From: Squalus acanthias
Lineage: Eukaryota
DNA length: 64,000 nt
Direction of reading: 5' to 3'
NCBI GenBank assembly: GCA_030390025.1
Contig: CM059425.1
Coordinates: 175,462,001 to 175,526,000 of the forward strand
Below, one piece after another: positions 1 through 12,069 of the stretch; the first letter of the stretch is position 1, and each line of letters opens with the position of its first letter. Under the pieces are notes generated by a model. It did no database searches and was not told the origin of the DNA. It saw only the letters and a list, made by a program, of their open reading frames with translations. Both the position numbers and the translations under genes were made by a program.

Positions 1-919
1 AGGCATAAACTGTGTGGGCCATGACTTGGAACTCCTCTATGAGCTGCTGTACCCTATCTCCTTAGAGGGTGTATAGCGACACCTGAACTGCAGGCTAGTA
101 AAAGCTGCAGGAAATGTTAGAGAACAGCAGGCTAATGAACCACAAAAGTACGCCACCGTCACCAAAACACAACTAAAACCCCTACAAGAACATACGCCCA
201 AACACCGAGAATAGACAGAGAAGAAGGACGATCTTAAATAAGGTCAGCCATCAATACAGGTATAATCCCGAGGATGGTTAAAACAGAAAAGAAGTTGGCA
301 TCCCTGGCCAAAATCCAAATTTGGTACAGGAACCAACAAGGAAGACCGAAAGGGTTAAATTGAGCTATTTTGTCCTAGAAGGACAAAAAAGGGGGGAATG
401 TGGAAGTGCAGTTTTTGTCTCGGACAAAATGGCTTCCGTGAATTTAAACTGATACAAAATGCCCGACTCTGACTTGTGTGGAAAAGGAAAAAATCCATTG
501 TTATGTTCTTTTCGTGAAAATAACTTTAAAGTTTTAGACTATGCTGTCAGCAAAAGTCTGCCTGCACAAAAGAAAACAGGCTTAAATTGAGATAACCAAG
601 GGCTAGTAAAGTAAACAAACAGGGTCTTGACCTTGGGAAGAAAAAGAACAGACAGATAAACTCCATTTTATAGGGATTAGTTAGTCTCACCGTAAGGCGT
701 TTCTTATGTGTTTTTTTTTTAATTGTTAACTTAGCTTACCTTAAACAACATGTCATGTGATTATTAGTGTATAAGAATACTCCATTTTCTGTTATTCGGC
801 AGTCTGTCATCATAGCTAATTGGGCTATGATGCATTCTCCTTGCAAGTAAAATATAATAAAAAGCCTTCTTTGACGATATTGTTTACAAGAGTCTTACTT
901 GGAAGTCGAAACTTCGACA
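1..919 (+). mobile_element. 3' end of LTR retroelement/ERV: internal remnant, polypurine tract, 3' LTR 399-919
   Basis: AAAAAAGGGGGGAA immediately before TGTGGAAG (399); ends CTTCGACA (919), an imperfect inverted repeat of the start; AATAAA 856-861; abuts a CR1 cut mid-motif. Confidence 0.8.
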
Positions 920-2035
920 AAATCCAAATACACCACATCCACTGGTTCCCCTTTACCCACCCTGCTCGTTACATCCTCAAAGAACTCCAGCAAATTTGTC
1001 AAATACGATTTCCCTTTCATAAAACCATGCTGACTCTGCTTGACTGTATTATGATTTTCTAAATGTCCTGCTACTGCTTCCTTAATAATGGACTCCAGCA
1101 TTTTCCCAATGACAGATGTTAGGCTAACTGGTCTATAGTTTCCTGCTTCTACCGTGAAGACTGATACAAAATATTTGTTCAAAGTCTCTGCCATTTCCCT
1201 GTTCCCCATTATTAATTCCCCAGTCTCATCCTCTAAGGGACCAATATTTACTTTAGCTACTCTCTTCCTTTTTATATACCTGTAGAAGCTCTTACTATCT
1301 GTTTTTATATTTCTTGCTAGTTTACTCTCATAATCTATCTTTTCTCTCTTTTTTAGTCATCCGTTGCTGGTTTTAAAACATTTCCCAATCCTCTGGCCTC
1401 CCACCAATCTTGGCAACATTGTATGCCTTTGTTTTCAATTTGATACAATCCTTTACCTCCTTAGTTAGCCACGGATGGTTCTCCCTTCTCTTAAAGTCTT
1501 TCCTTCTCACTGGAATATATTTTGTTGAGAGCTATGAAATATCTCCTTAAATGTCTGCCATTGCTTATCAACCGTCTTACCCTTTAATCTATTTTCCCAG
1601 TCCACTTTAGCCAACTCTGACCCGTTTATTCCTACTCTCTGTTTTCTGTCCGTGAACCAATCCTCAATCTATGCGAGTATATTACCCCCAATCCCATGAG
1701 CCCTAATTTTGTTTAATAACCTCTTGTGTGGCACCTTCCCGAATGCCTTCTGAAAATCCAAATACACCACATCCACTGGTTCCCCCTTATCTATTCTGCT
1801 AGTTACAACCTCAAAAAACTCTACAGATTCATCAAACACAATTTCCCTTTCATAAATCCGTGTTGACTCTGTCCAATCCTATTATTATTTTCTAAGTACC
1901 CTGTTACCACGTCCTTAATAATAGATTCTAGCATTTTCCCTACTACTGATGTCAGGCTAACTGGTCTGTAGTTCCCCTTTTTCTCTCTCCCTCCTTTCTT
2001 AAATAGTGTGGTTACATTTGCTACCTTTCAATCTG
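920..2035 (-). mobile_element. CR1 LINE fragments (RT region, rearranged, two pieces)
   Basis: GNYRPVSLTS..SQHGFMKGKS..VDVVYLDF on minus strand, present twice. Confidence 0.9.
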
Positions 2036-2450
2036 CAAAAACAGAAAAAGCTGGGAACACACAGCAGGTCAATCAGCATCTGGGTAGAGGAAGGACAATT
2101 GATATTTTGGGTGCGACAAGCAAACAAACACAGTGGAATGATGTAACAGATCATTTCAGTCAAGTAATAGTATTAATTGAAGAAACAAAAGACATTAGAT
2201 AATCAAAGGACATACATGTGAGACATCTGAGGAAAATGGGAGCCAGAAAACATGGAGATCAGGTATGAAATTAAAATGGGTTTGAAAACAAATATATAGC
2301 TAAAGTCTGAAGGCAGTGTTCAGCAGGGTGCCTAGGAGAAAGATGAGATGTTGTTCCTGAAGCTTGCTTAATTGGAACAGTATATGAGGCCAATGACTGA
2401 GAGGTCAGAGTGGGAATGGAAGGGGGGAGTTAAATGATGAGCCATAGGTT
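2036..2450 (-). mobile_element. Degenerate Penelope-like element 3' end
   Basis: Reverse complement resembles the GIY-YIG C-terminus and tail of the copy at 40736-41690. Confidence 0.6.
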
Positions 2451-2489
2451 AGGGCGAGACAGCATCACTTGTTCTGTCACTCTGTCTTC

Positions 2490-4122
2490 ACAAAAGAGTG
2501 GGACGATGAAGACATTGTAGTTATGGAGGAGGAGTGTGAAATATTAGATGAGATAAACATCCTGAGAGAAGTAATATTAAGGGGTTTATCATCTTTGAAA
2601 GTAGATAAATCGCTAGGCCCAGATGAATGTATCCCAGGCTGTTAAGAGAAGCAAGGGAGGAAATAGCGAAGGATCTGACCATCATTTTCCAATCCTCTCT
2701 GGCGACAGGCGTGGTGCCATTGTTTAAAAAGGACGAATGGGATAGACCGAGTAATTACAGGCCACTCAGCCTAACCTTGGTGGTGGGCATATTATTGTAA
2801 AAAATTTTGAGGGATAGTATTAATCGCCATTTAGAAAGGCACTGATTAATCAAGGACAGTCAGCATAGATTTGTTAAGGGAAGGTCATGTCTGATTAACT
2901 TGATTGAATTTTTTGAGGAGGTAACAAGGAGGGTCGATGAGGGTAGCTCATTTGATGTAGTCTATATGAATTTTAGCAAGGATTTTGACAAGGTCCCACA
3001 TGGCAGACTGGTCAGAAAAGTAAAAGGGATCCAAGGGAAAGTGGCAAGTTGGATCCAAAATTGGCTCAGTGGCAGGATGCAAAACGTGATGTTCGATGGG
3101 TGTTTTGTGACTGGAAGGCTGTTTCCAGTGGGGTACCACAGGGCTAAGTACTAGGTACCTTGCTTTTTGTGGTATACATCAATGATTTAGACTGCAATGT
3201 AGTGGGCATGATTAAGAAGTTTGCAGATGATACAAAAATTGTCCGTGTGGTTGATAGTGAGGAAGAAAGCTGTAGACTACAGGAAGATATCAATGGACTG
3301 GTCAGGTGGGCAGAAAAGTGGCAAATGGAATTCAATCCAGAGAAGTGTGAGGTAATGCATTTGGGGAAGGCTAACAAGGCAAGAGAATACACAATAAATG
3401 GTAGGATACTGAGAAGTGTCGAGAAGCAGAGGGACCTTGGAGTGCATGTCCACAGATCCCTGAAGGTAGCAAGACAGGTAGATAAGGTGGTTAAGAAGGC
3501 ATACGGGATACTTTCCTTTATTAGCCTAGGCATAGAATATAAGAGCAGGGAGGTTATGCTAGAACTGTATAAAACGATAGTTAGGTCACAGCTAGAGTAC
3601 TGCGTACAGTTCTGGTCACCACATTACAGGAAAGATGTGATTGCACTAGAGGGTACAGAGGAGATTGACGAGGATGTTGCCATGACTGGAGAATTTTAGC
3701 TGTGAGGAAACATTGGATAGGCTGGGTTATTTTCTTTGGAACAGAGGAGACTGAGGAGAGATTTAATTGAGGTGGATAAAATTATGAGGGGCCTAGATAG
3801 ACTGGATAGGAAGTACCTATTTCCCTTAGCAGAGAGGTCAATAACCAGGGGGCATAGATTTAAAGTAATTACTAGAAGGAATAGAGGGGAGTTGAGGAGA
3901 ATTTTTTTCACCCAGAGGGTGGTGGGGGTCTGGAACTCACTGCTTGAAAGGGTGGTATCGGCAGAAACCCTCATCGCATTTAAAAAGTACTTGGATATGC
4001 ACTTGAAGTGCCGTAACCTACAAAGCTGGAAAGTGGGATTAGCTGGATAGCTCTTTTTCGGCCGGCACAGACACAATGGGCCGAATGGCCTCCTTCTGTG
4101 GCGTAATCTTCTATGATTCTAT
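2490..4122 (+). mobile_element. CR1 (HER1-like) LINE, 5'-truncated, broken ORF2
   Basis: RT motifs [25 protein letters not shown]; 3' tail GGGCCGAATGGCCTCC..TTCTATGATTCT. Confidence 0.93.
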
Positions 4123-4669
4123 TCATACTGCTATTTATTGTAGGGTGATCTCACCTCCTAAAAGAGTTACTCTTCTCTGCAAGACCTCCTTAACTCTATA
4201 ACTAAATGAAGCAGTTCTCATTCCTTGGCTGCCTCCTGAGATTTTTTCCCCCTCAGTTGCAGAACAGCTTAAAGAGTGACCATCAGCCTATGTTTGCTTA
4301 AGTGTTTACAAAAGAGTAGATTGGAGAGAAGGTAAATTCTGAATAGGTTAAAAATGAGTTGAGAGATGTTATATTAAATAAAAGGAAAGTATTTGAGAAG
4401 TTAGTTAAGCTAATGGACAAAGTACCTGAACTGGATGCGATACATCCAAGCATCCTGAAGGAAATGGGGGAAGAGATAGCAGAGACCCCAGAAATTATAT
4501 TTCAGGGTTCTATTGAGAGTGCTTGTATGGCAGAGGACTGGAGAGTAGCCAATATAGTACCCATTTTCAAAAAGAGAGACAGAGTTAATCTGGGTGATTA
4601 CAGGTCAGTTAGTTCAACATCTGTTGTACAGAAAACTTTGGAATCTTTAATTAAAGATGAAATTACTAA

Positions 4670-6857
4670 GGCCAGAAATTTCTGGGGTGGTAGCGGGTGC
4701 GCTCGGTGGCGGGTCGGGTGGGAAAGTTGTTATTTTTGACAGCGGGTCGGGAACCCGCTGTCATCTCGCTCCCACATGCCTTTCCCACAGGCGCGTCTGT
4801 CAATGCGGAACCAACCCGACCGGCAGCGGCAAGGACCCAATTGAGATGATTATCATATAAGCATATGGAGGGAGTCATCGGAGAACCTGTGTGCAGCCCT
4901 CTGCCTCTGTGCAGTCATTGCCAGTGTTTGCAACACTCCAATGCTGTAGTGCACTGTCAGCACTATGTTAGATTAAACTTCAAATGTAATGTGGCCATGG
5001 TCCCTTTAAAGATCCAGGCTGAAAACTGTAGAATTCGCAAAATTATCGCGATTTTATAAAATAAGAAGGAGACATAAAGTTTCGTACAAACAGCTTTTAT
5101 TTCAGCAGAATGCTGTCAGGTTTCAAAACGGACACAAACAGCCTGTAAAATGGCCGCCACGCCTCGTGGCAGAAAGTTCTAGACTTTCAGTGGGCAGATA
5201 AGATGGCGTTCCAATAAACATTTGTGCAAGATCGTACAGGACTCAGCACATTTGAGATAAATGACAAGACATGATGGGTTTGCATTTTAAACATAAATAC
5301 TGGAATCGGTCTCCCGGGTGCAAATAAGGGCTATTGTACTGAGCGATCAAGGACCCATCCAAAGACATTAATATGCAAAATCCCCACGACTCTACGATGA
5401 GAGAGCTGTTTGCGGGCACTTACAGCAAGCATTTGGAAGCCCCAAAACCCCTCCAGGGAGACTACTAGCCAGTTCCACAATGAGAGAAATATTAACGGGT
5501 ACTCAGACAGTCACAAGTATCACCGAAACCCATTAAAGACTGAGATCACCCCATACAAGAAGTTTGAGCGCCAAAACCCTGACAAAAGATAGACATTAAG
5601 ATTGGGCGGGAAAAGAGGAATTACAGCACTATAACTGTAAGGTACAACCGTCCATCTCTCTCTTGCTGCTCTTGCTGCTTTGACTCGCTGGAAGGCTGCT
5701 GAACTTTTATTCTCTTGCCTGACGGCTCTGGACTCTGATCCGCTAGGATCAACCTCGTGGCTTGCCGCGAAGATCTGTGGAGAACTGGGCTGTGAGGCCT
5801 GGAAGCGGGCGCACCATCCCGAGAAGTCGGTAAACGGTGTTGGAACCGAAGCCCCGAGAGGAGATGAGATGAGATGAGATGAGAAGAGAAGAAGACGACA
5901 ATACGTATCGCCACGGTCAGTAAGCCCCGACCGCACCTGTAAGTCGAATAAACACTTCTTCGAATTTTATCGGCTACTCCACAACTGGCCCAGGAAGACC
6001 CTTCTTCGAGTTCTATCGAACCGGTGTAGGGCACAGGAAGACTCTTCTTTGAGTAGTATCAGAACTCAGAGGACAACACAGATCTTCATGACAGCAGACG
6101 GTCCAGCCTGCTAGCCGGAGCAGAAACGAGTAAACAAGTGGGGTACAGAGACCCCTGATCAACACGTGGATAGTCAGGTGCTGCGGTAAAAACATCCGAG
6201 CAGAGTTTCGGAATTCTCCGAGTTATCACGAGTGGTGAGCATGAGTCTCGATCCTACAAATCTAGATTAGGACAGGTATTGATAGGGGAGGGTTTAAGTT
6301 TTAAGGATAATTATAATGTGTGTCCCCTTTTACGATGTGTCATGCGCTCCTCGTTTCCCTAAAATTAGTTTCATAACTGTGTGTAAGATTGTACTGTCGT
6401 TAATCTGTGCTTATGACATGTATCTCGTAATCTTGAATAATATGCAATAAAGATTTTCCATTTCGCACTATTCAACCGGGTCTACCTGAGTCTTTCTCTG
6501 CATTATTGCTCTCGCACCTAAGTCCAGTGTCAGAACCGTAAGGGCGAGTGGGTCGAACCACTCACAGGTGTCTAGTGTTATCAGGCTGGCTGGAGACCAG
6601 AACAGGTAACAAGGCCTAACCCCGCACTAGCACCCAGGCTAAGCACAGAGCCGCAGGTCACCCCTTACAAAACTCGTCATGAATGATGTCACCAGCCCCG
6701 CTCCATCTCATTGGGCCGGGTAACGCGCTGGGGGAGCTTAATAGGCCCCATTAAGGTAAGTTAATTTTCTACAGTGGGATGGAGCCAGCAGTGGTGTCGG
6801 GATCCGACATGGCCACCGCCCGCACCAGACCCGCCAAGGTAAAGAAAATTCTGGCCA
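4670..6857. mobile_element. Non-autonomous PIF/Harbinger-type DNA element (contains solo LTR)
   Basis: Termini GGCCAGAAATTT / AAAATTCTGGCC, flanked by TAA..(A)TAA; internal motifs shared with the element at 54288-56019. Confidence 0.72.
5027..6669 (+). mobile_element. Solo LTR (1.64 kb), Gypsy- or ERV-like
   Basis: TGTA..TACA termini with perfect 4-bp TSD AAAC (5023-5026, 6670-6673); AATAAA 6446; CpG-rich; (GAGAT)n near 5860. Confidence 0.82.
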
Positions 6858-7419
6858 TAATATTTAGATGAAGACAACATCATTAGAAGCACTGAACACA
6901 GATTTCAGAAAGGAAGATTATGCTTGACAAACCTGATTGAATTCTTTGAGGAGGTGACAGATATCGTAGATGGGGAAATGCAGTTGATGTGGTATACATG
7001 ACTTTCAGAAAGCCTTTGACAAGATACCAAACTGAAGACTACTGGAGAAAATTAAGGGATATGGAATTAGGGCGAGGTTAGAAAATTAGTTTCAAAACTG
7101 GTTAGAATGGAGGAAACAGAGTGTAGTATTTCCGGGCAGTTCGTCAAAGTGGCTGTAAGTGGATATCAAGTGTTCCATGGGATTCTGTGCTTTCTGCCAC
7201 AGGCGCAGGCATGACAGAGGCCTTGTGGGAGGGTCCAGATGTGTTGACAAAGCACCATCTTGTATATTTTTCTAGCCATGCCTTTGCTGTTGGGCACTGC
7301 CTCACTATGACCTCTGATTACTTGACTGAGATAATTTTAGATATCATCTGTTTTTTATTAAGCAGTTTGCAGATCATGCAAATCCATTCACATTCTCTGA
7401 TTGGACTTTTAAAAAAATT

Positions 7420-7812
7420 ACTTCTCGGGATATGGGCCTCGCTGGCATTTATTGCCCATCCCTAGTTGCCCTTGAGAAGGTGGGGGTGAGCTGCCTTCTT
7501 GAACCGCTGCAGTCCGTGTGGTGAAGGTACTCCCACAGTGCTGTTAAGGAGGGAGTTCCAGGATTTTGACCCAGCGACGATGAAGGAACGGTGATATATT
7601 TCCAAGTCATGGTATGTGACTTAGAGGGGAACTTGGAGGTGATGGTGTTCCCATGCACCTGCTGCCCTTGTCCTAGGTGGTGTTGGTTGTGGATTGGGAG
7701 GTGCTGCCGAAGAAGCTTGATGAGTTGCTGCACTGCATCTTGCAGATAATACCTTGTAGTCACAGTGATCCAGTGGTGGAGGGAGTGAATGTTTAAAGTG
7801 GTGGATAGACTG
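7420..7812 (-). mobile_element. 3' fragment of CR1-group LINE (same family as 28370-30660)
   Basis: Highly similar to 28400-28780. Confidence 0.85.
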
Positions 7813-7871
7813 CTGATGAGATATTTCTCGCCTCTTTTTTTCCAACTGTATGAATGTGCTTGTTTGTATTT

Positions 7872-7990
7872 CAATTCTGACGAAGGACCTGCTTAACTTC
7901 ACCTTTCTGTTTACAGATACTGACTGAGCTGCTGTGTGCTTCCAGCTGTTTCTGGTTTAGCAGTGTTTCAGATTTGTACATCTTACCGTA
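7872..7990 (+). repeat. Degenerate Penelope-type 3' tail
   Basis: TTCTGACGAAGG..CAGATACTGACTGAGCTGCTG..TTCCAGC similar to 41595-41690. Confidence 0.55.
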
Positions 7991-8104
7991 TCCGTCCTTC
8001 CAACAAATAAATTATATTTTCTCTACAGTCAACAGAAATGAGCCTGCTGCAGGTAAAGGGGTAAGAAAAGGTGAGCTCGAGCGGGCAGAGATTGGGTTTC
8101 CTTG

Positions 8105-8345
8105 AATCACGTGGAAGGGTTGACAACCAGAGGACACAGATTTAAGGTGATTGGCAGAAGAACCAAAGGCAATATGAGGAAAAACTTTTTTACGCAGCGA
8201 GCGGTTAGGATCTGGAATGCACTGCTTGAAAGGGTGGTGGAGGCAGAGTCAATCATGGCTTTCAAATGGGAATTGGATAAGTACCTGAAGGAAAAAAATG
8301 CAGGGCTATAGAAAAAGGGCGGGGCCGTGGAACGAGCTGAAGCGC
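8105..8345 (+). mobile_element. CR1 LINE 3' fragment abutting the promoter
   Basis: [30 protein letters not shown]. Confidence 0.88.
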
Positions 8346-8730
8346 TCCTCTGCTGAAACCGTTCTGTGATCATGTAAAATGGGCGGGGCAACAGGCAGCG
8401 CGGTCTCGCGCGTGATGTCACGGGTCGCGTCGGTGGATGGCAGCGGGCGCGAGCGACAGGGTGAGCGGTGTAACTGCGACAGGTGAGCGAGAGCGCCGGC
8501 CGGGCAAAAGCTGCTTTCCTTCTGTTTAAAGGAGACAAATAGGCGGATACTTTCGCGGCCGAGGCCTCGCCGGCTGGTCCGTGTTCGGTCGCTGGTGTCG
8601 AGTGCGCCTCCTTGGACTCACAGTGAGCGAGCGGGCGCGGCCTGTGGCGGGTGGGAGCCAGTCTCTCGCCCTTCCCCGGCCGCTCCTCAGTTATTCACCG
8701 TCGAGTTTGCACCTGCCGGCGGGCTCTGCC
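8315..8730 (+). promoter_or_regulatory. CpG-island promoter and probable non-coding first exon of YTHDC2
   Basis: CpG-dense stretch upstream of the first coding exon; GC boxes GGGCGGGGC at 8317 and 8381, TCTCGCG and TGATGTCA motifs, donor-like GTGAGC at 8461 and 8483; the ATG exon has its own splice acceptor. Confidence 0.75.
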
Positions 8731-9529
8731 CCTCCCCTTTCAGGGTAAAGGAAGGGGAGTTGTTGGGGAAGAGCTTTTGTGTTCTTTCTACTTCAGTGTC
8801 GGATGATCTTGAACGTGGGACGCTATGCAGTGTGAATGTACCTTTTTACGTGACTGGTAATACCCAGTATCTGAATAGTTCGGTTTTGAATGTAGTTTTA
8901 TAAACCAGTATTGACGCATTAACTGACTTCAGACTAGGCTTGTCCTGTTCTGAGTGATCGTCACTTGGGTTTGAAGTGGTCTCATCTTGCTATAAATAAT
9001 TCTGAACATATTTATTTCTACTTGAGCAGTAACAGCAAAGCAGTTTCTGCTGTGATGCCAAAGCTGGAGTATAACTGCATAAATCAGATCAGTGGCCTAA
9101 AAGTGAAATCCCCAACGGTGGTGGGAGGGTTCCCCACCGGAAGTGCCAATTTCTTTTGAAGTTCAAGTCTCCAGCTCCTGTTAAATGTGCAGCATTATGT
9201 CCTCATCATATTGAACAATGTGAGTGGGGTTAAATACCACATTCATAATTGTAGACAGCAAGTGGTTTTGGAATACCAGTACAAATTGGCTTTCTGTCCT
9301 CGCTTTTCTGACTGGAGTGTATTGTTCTCTGTTCCCTATGTGCAGAATAACTTAGTGGTCCCTCCTTACATTTAATCACTTATACCAATATGCATTTCTT
9401 TTTATGGTTTATTAATGCCATCTGAACTTGTTACCATGTGTAGCTCTATGGAACTTAACTCTTGTAGTTGTAGAATAATATAATGGGAGTTTTTGTATTT
9501 ACAAATGGTTCCAGTTATGTTATCAATGT

Positions 9530-9805
9530 CTTGATTTTAAAATTCTCATCCTCTTGTTCTAAATCACTCCATGGCCTTGTCCCTCCCCATCTCTAACTTC
9601 CTCCAGCTCTACAACCCTCTGAGAACTCTGCATTCTTCCAATGCATCCCACACTTCCTTTGCTCCACCATTGGTGGTTGTGCCTTCAGCTGTCGTGGCCC
9701 TGTGCTTTGGAATTCCATCCTTAAACCTCGCCACCTCTCTCCTTTTTAAGACGCTCCTTAAAACCTACGCTTTTGACCAAGCTTTTAGTAACCTGTCCTA
9801 ATATT
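9530..9805 (+). mobile_element. L2 LINE 3' fragment
   Basis: TTTAAAATTCTCATCCT..CTCCTTAAAACCTAC..TTTGACCAAGCTTTT, matching the reverse complement of 48100-48370. Confidence 0.8.
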
Positions 9806-10232
9806 AGCTCTGATTGGACACTTATCTGGGAAAGGAGTAAATCTAAGGCCCACTTAACAGTGGCCTGAGGTGTTAATTGGTTAATCATCCGAGAGGAGGT
9901 AATTTACAATCACAAAGTACCTGCTATTGTCAGAAATGGCCCACTTTGTTCCTCAGAAGCGCATTATGACACCTTGAGTATCATTCTATTCAGTTCATCA
10001 GTGTGGCAAGCAGCCAGATAGGCTTTTGAAAGCCCCTCTGGTTAAAATGCAAAGACTAGGCCCCAGCTTAGGCTAAGGATATTTACTGAAAGCTGTTTGA
10101 GACCAGTGGGCAAAGGGCAAGGTGCTTCACAGTTAGACGACATTCCTAAGCAGGAGCAGCAAAGGAGTTAGTGGATGTGACCAGAGAGGTAAGTTTTAAG
10201 GAGGCTTTTGGAGGAGAGGCGAGACTAATAAT

Positions 10233-10947
10233 GGACTGGAATTTGTGGTCCTGATGACAGCGAACTATCAGCGTCATTTTGCCTTTGAATACTGACCGCA
10301 ACTTCAGGATTTAGCGCATGCGCAGCCTAATGCGGAAATGCTGAAGTTGCGGTCTGTTATTCACTGCTCCTCCACAGTTTGCGCTGTGGCCCCCCCCCCC
10401 CCCCCCCCCCAAAACTGACAATCAGTGAGAAATCTCAAATCATGGAAATTGACAAACTTTGGCTCTTTTGCAGTAATACCAGCGTTAAATACCCCATTAA
10501 AAGTTGGACCCTTTTGGATTAGGTGTAACTGGGGTTTGACTGCTAAACAAAGGTTATGGCCCTGAAAAAATTTTAATTTTGTGAAGTGTCAAATTTATCC
10601 ATTTTAATAAAAATAAATTTTTTTAAGAAAGTTTGTTCATTATTTCAAGTTTGCCTTTCCCCTGAGAGCGCCCCAATCTTCTCTCTCATTTTTAAAAGTT
10701 ATAATCAAAGGAGCTTGCCCACTTCCTGGTTCGCTGTTTGAGAATTTTGCGTTTTGATTGGCTGCTTAGACAGCTTGTTGATGTCACAGCAGCTCTTCAC
10801 TGGGAATCCCTATACACTTCAGTTGATTTTAGTTACACATTGGAAAACCCGAAATTCTCGCCACAGAGATCGCAAAATCTTTGTGCGAAGCTTATTTCGG
10901 GGCCAGCAGCGAATGCCTGCTTCGCCGCTGATTGCAAATTCTGGGCC
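10233..10947. mobile_element. Harbinger-type MITE
   Basis: Imperfect TIRs GGACTGGAATTT / AAATTCTGGGCC; internal 14-bp inverted repeat; AT-rich core. Confidence 0.65.
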
Positions 10948-11912
10948 AGTATAATTTCCATTGGTGTTTCTCCACAGTCAGTTTTGAAATAATATTGAAG
11001 ATAATGACTGACTTGGGAGAGAGACTTCAGAAACTTACTCCGCAGTCACCTAATGGTCAGAGCTTGCAACCACATTGTGATAGTTGACAGCAAAATTGAA
11101 TGGAAAATATTGACACAAAAGTATGTCCAAAATTGTGATAACAGGAGCGGAAGTGTGTGCCCTACACACTAAAAAAAAATCTAAAAATAATAAAAGAAAT
11201 ACTTGAATTTATATAGCGCCTTTCACGACCTCAAGACGTCCCAACATGCTAGTTGATTTGCTGTGCAGTTGCATGTGGTAAATTAGAATATGGTCACTCG
11301 GTTGCCTGTTTCGGATTACATTTCTGTCTCTGGTCTTGTTCTTTCTGTTCCTCTTCTGTGTCTCATTCTCTTCTCTCAACTTTGCTTCTCTCTTTCTTCC
11401 TGCTTGTCTTTCTTCCTTTTGGGTGGTAGGTGGTGAATGGTATACCATGTTATGGTGGAGAAGAGTCCCCAACTGCTGCAGGCTGCATTTGGGGTAGGGG
11501 TTGCATGGAAAATGTGGCTCGCTTCCCTCCAACAAAGTTCCCTATATGCTTGGTTTCACTATACTTGGTACTCAGCATTCAGGGTGAATTTTGAATTATG
11601 TACTGCTGAATATATTTAATGTACGACTCACTGGGATACCGTATGGATAATTTTTAATCAATATGGTGATCATTTATAAGGGATGTAGAATTAATAAATG
11701 TTGAGGAATTATAGGTGTCAAGAATGATATAACATGTTGGTGCAAACTTGTGAAATATTATTTAAATTTTATTTTGAACAGTGAAACTCAGCCAAGTAGG
11801 AATTGTAGTTTTGTTTGAATGCTAGTTATGTTATTGGACATTGTGTAGAATTGATTTAAGATACTTTTCATGTAAAAACTTTCAACATCATTCTTGTTTC
11901 CTTAGATCTAAT

Positions 11913-12069
11913 ATGTCGAGGCCTACAAGTGTGTCCCCACGACCTGGCAGTGCCCAGTCAAGCCAAGCTGCCTCTAAAGCCAAAGGATTTAAGGATATTC
12001 GGATTGATGAAGAAGTGAAAATTGCAGTTAACATCGCCCTAGAGAGATTCCGTTACAGTGATCAAAAAG
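11913..12069 (+). CDS. YTHDC2: YTHDC2 coding exon 1 (exon starts 11906, ATG 11913)
   Basis: ttcttgtttccttAG acceptor 7 nt before [21 protein letters not shown]; donor GTGGAT at 12070. Confidence 0.93.

Larger units (their letters stand above)
4300..7190 (+). mobile_element. Old CR1 LINE split by nested insertions (parts about 4300-4669 and 6858-7190)
   Basis: EDWRVANIVPIFKK..IKDEIT resumes after the insertion as YLDEDNII..CLTNLIEFFEE. Confidence 0.8.

Noticed and set aside
895..1209. 104-aa ORF
   Set aside because: An internally deleted CR1 fragment reading into the LTR end.
5410..6195. Overlapping ORFs in the solo LTR
   Set aside because: No recognisable domain; expected by chance in GC-richer sequence.
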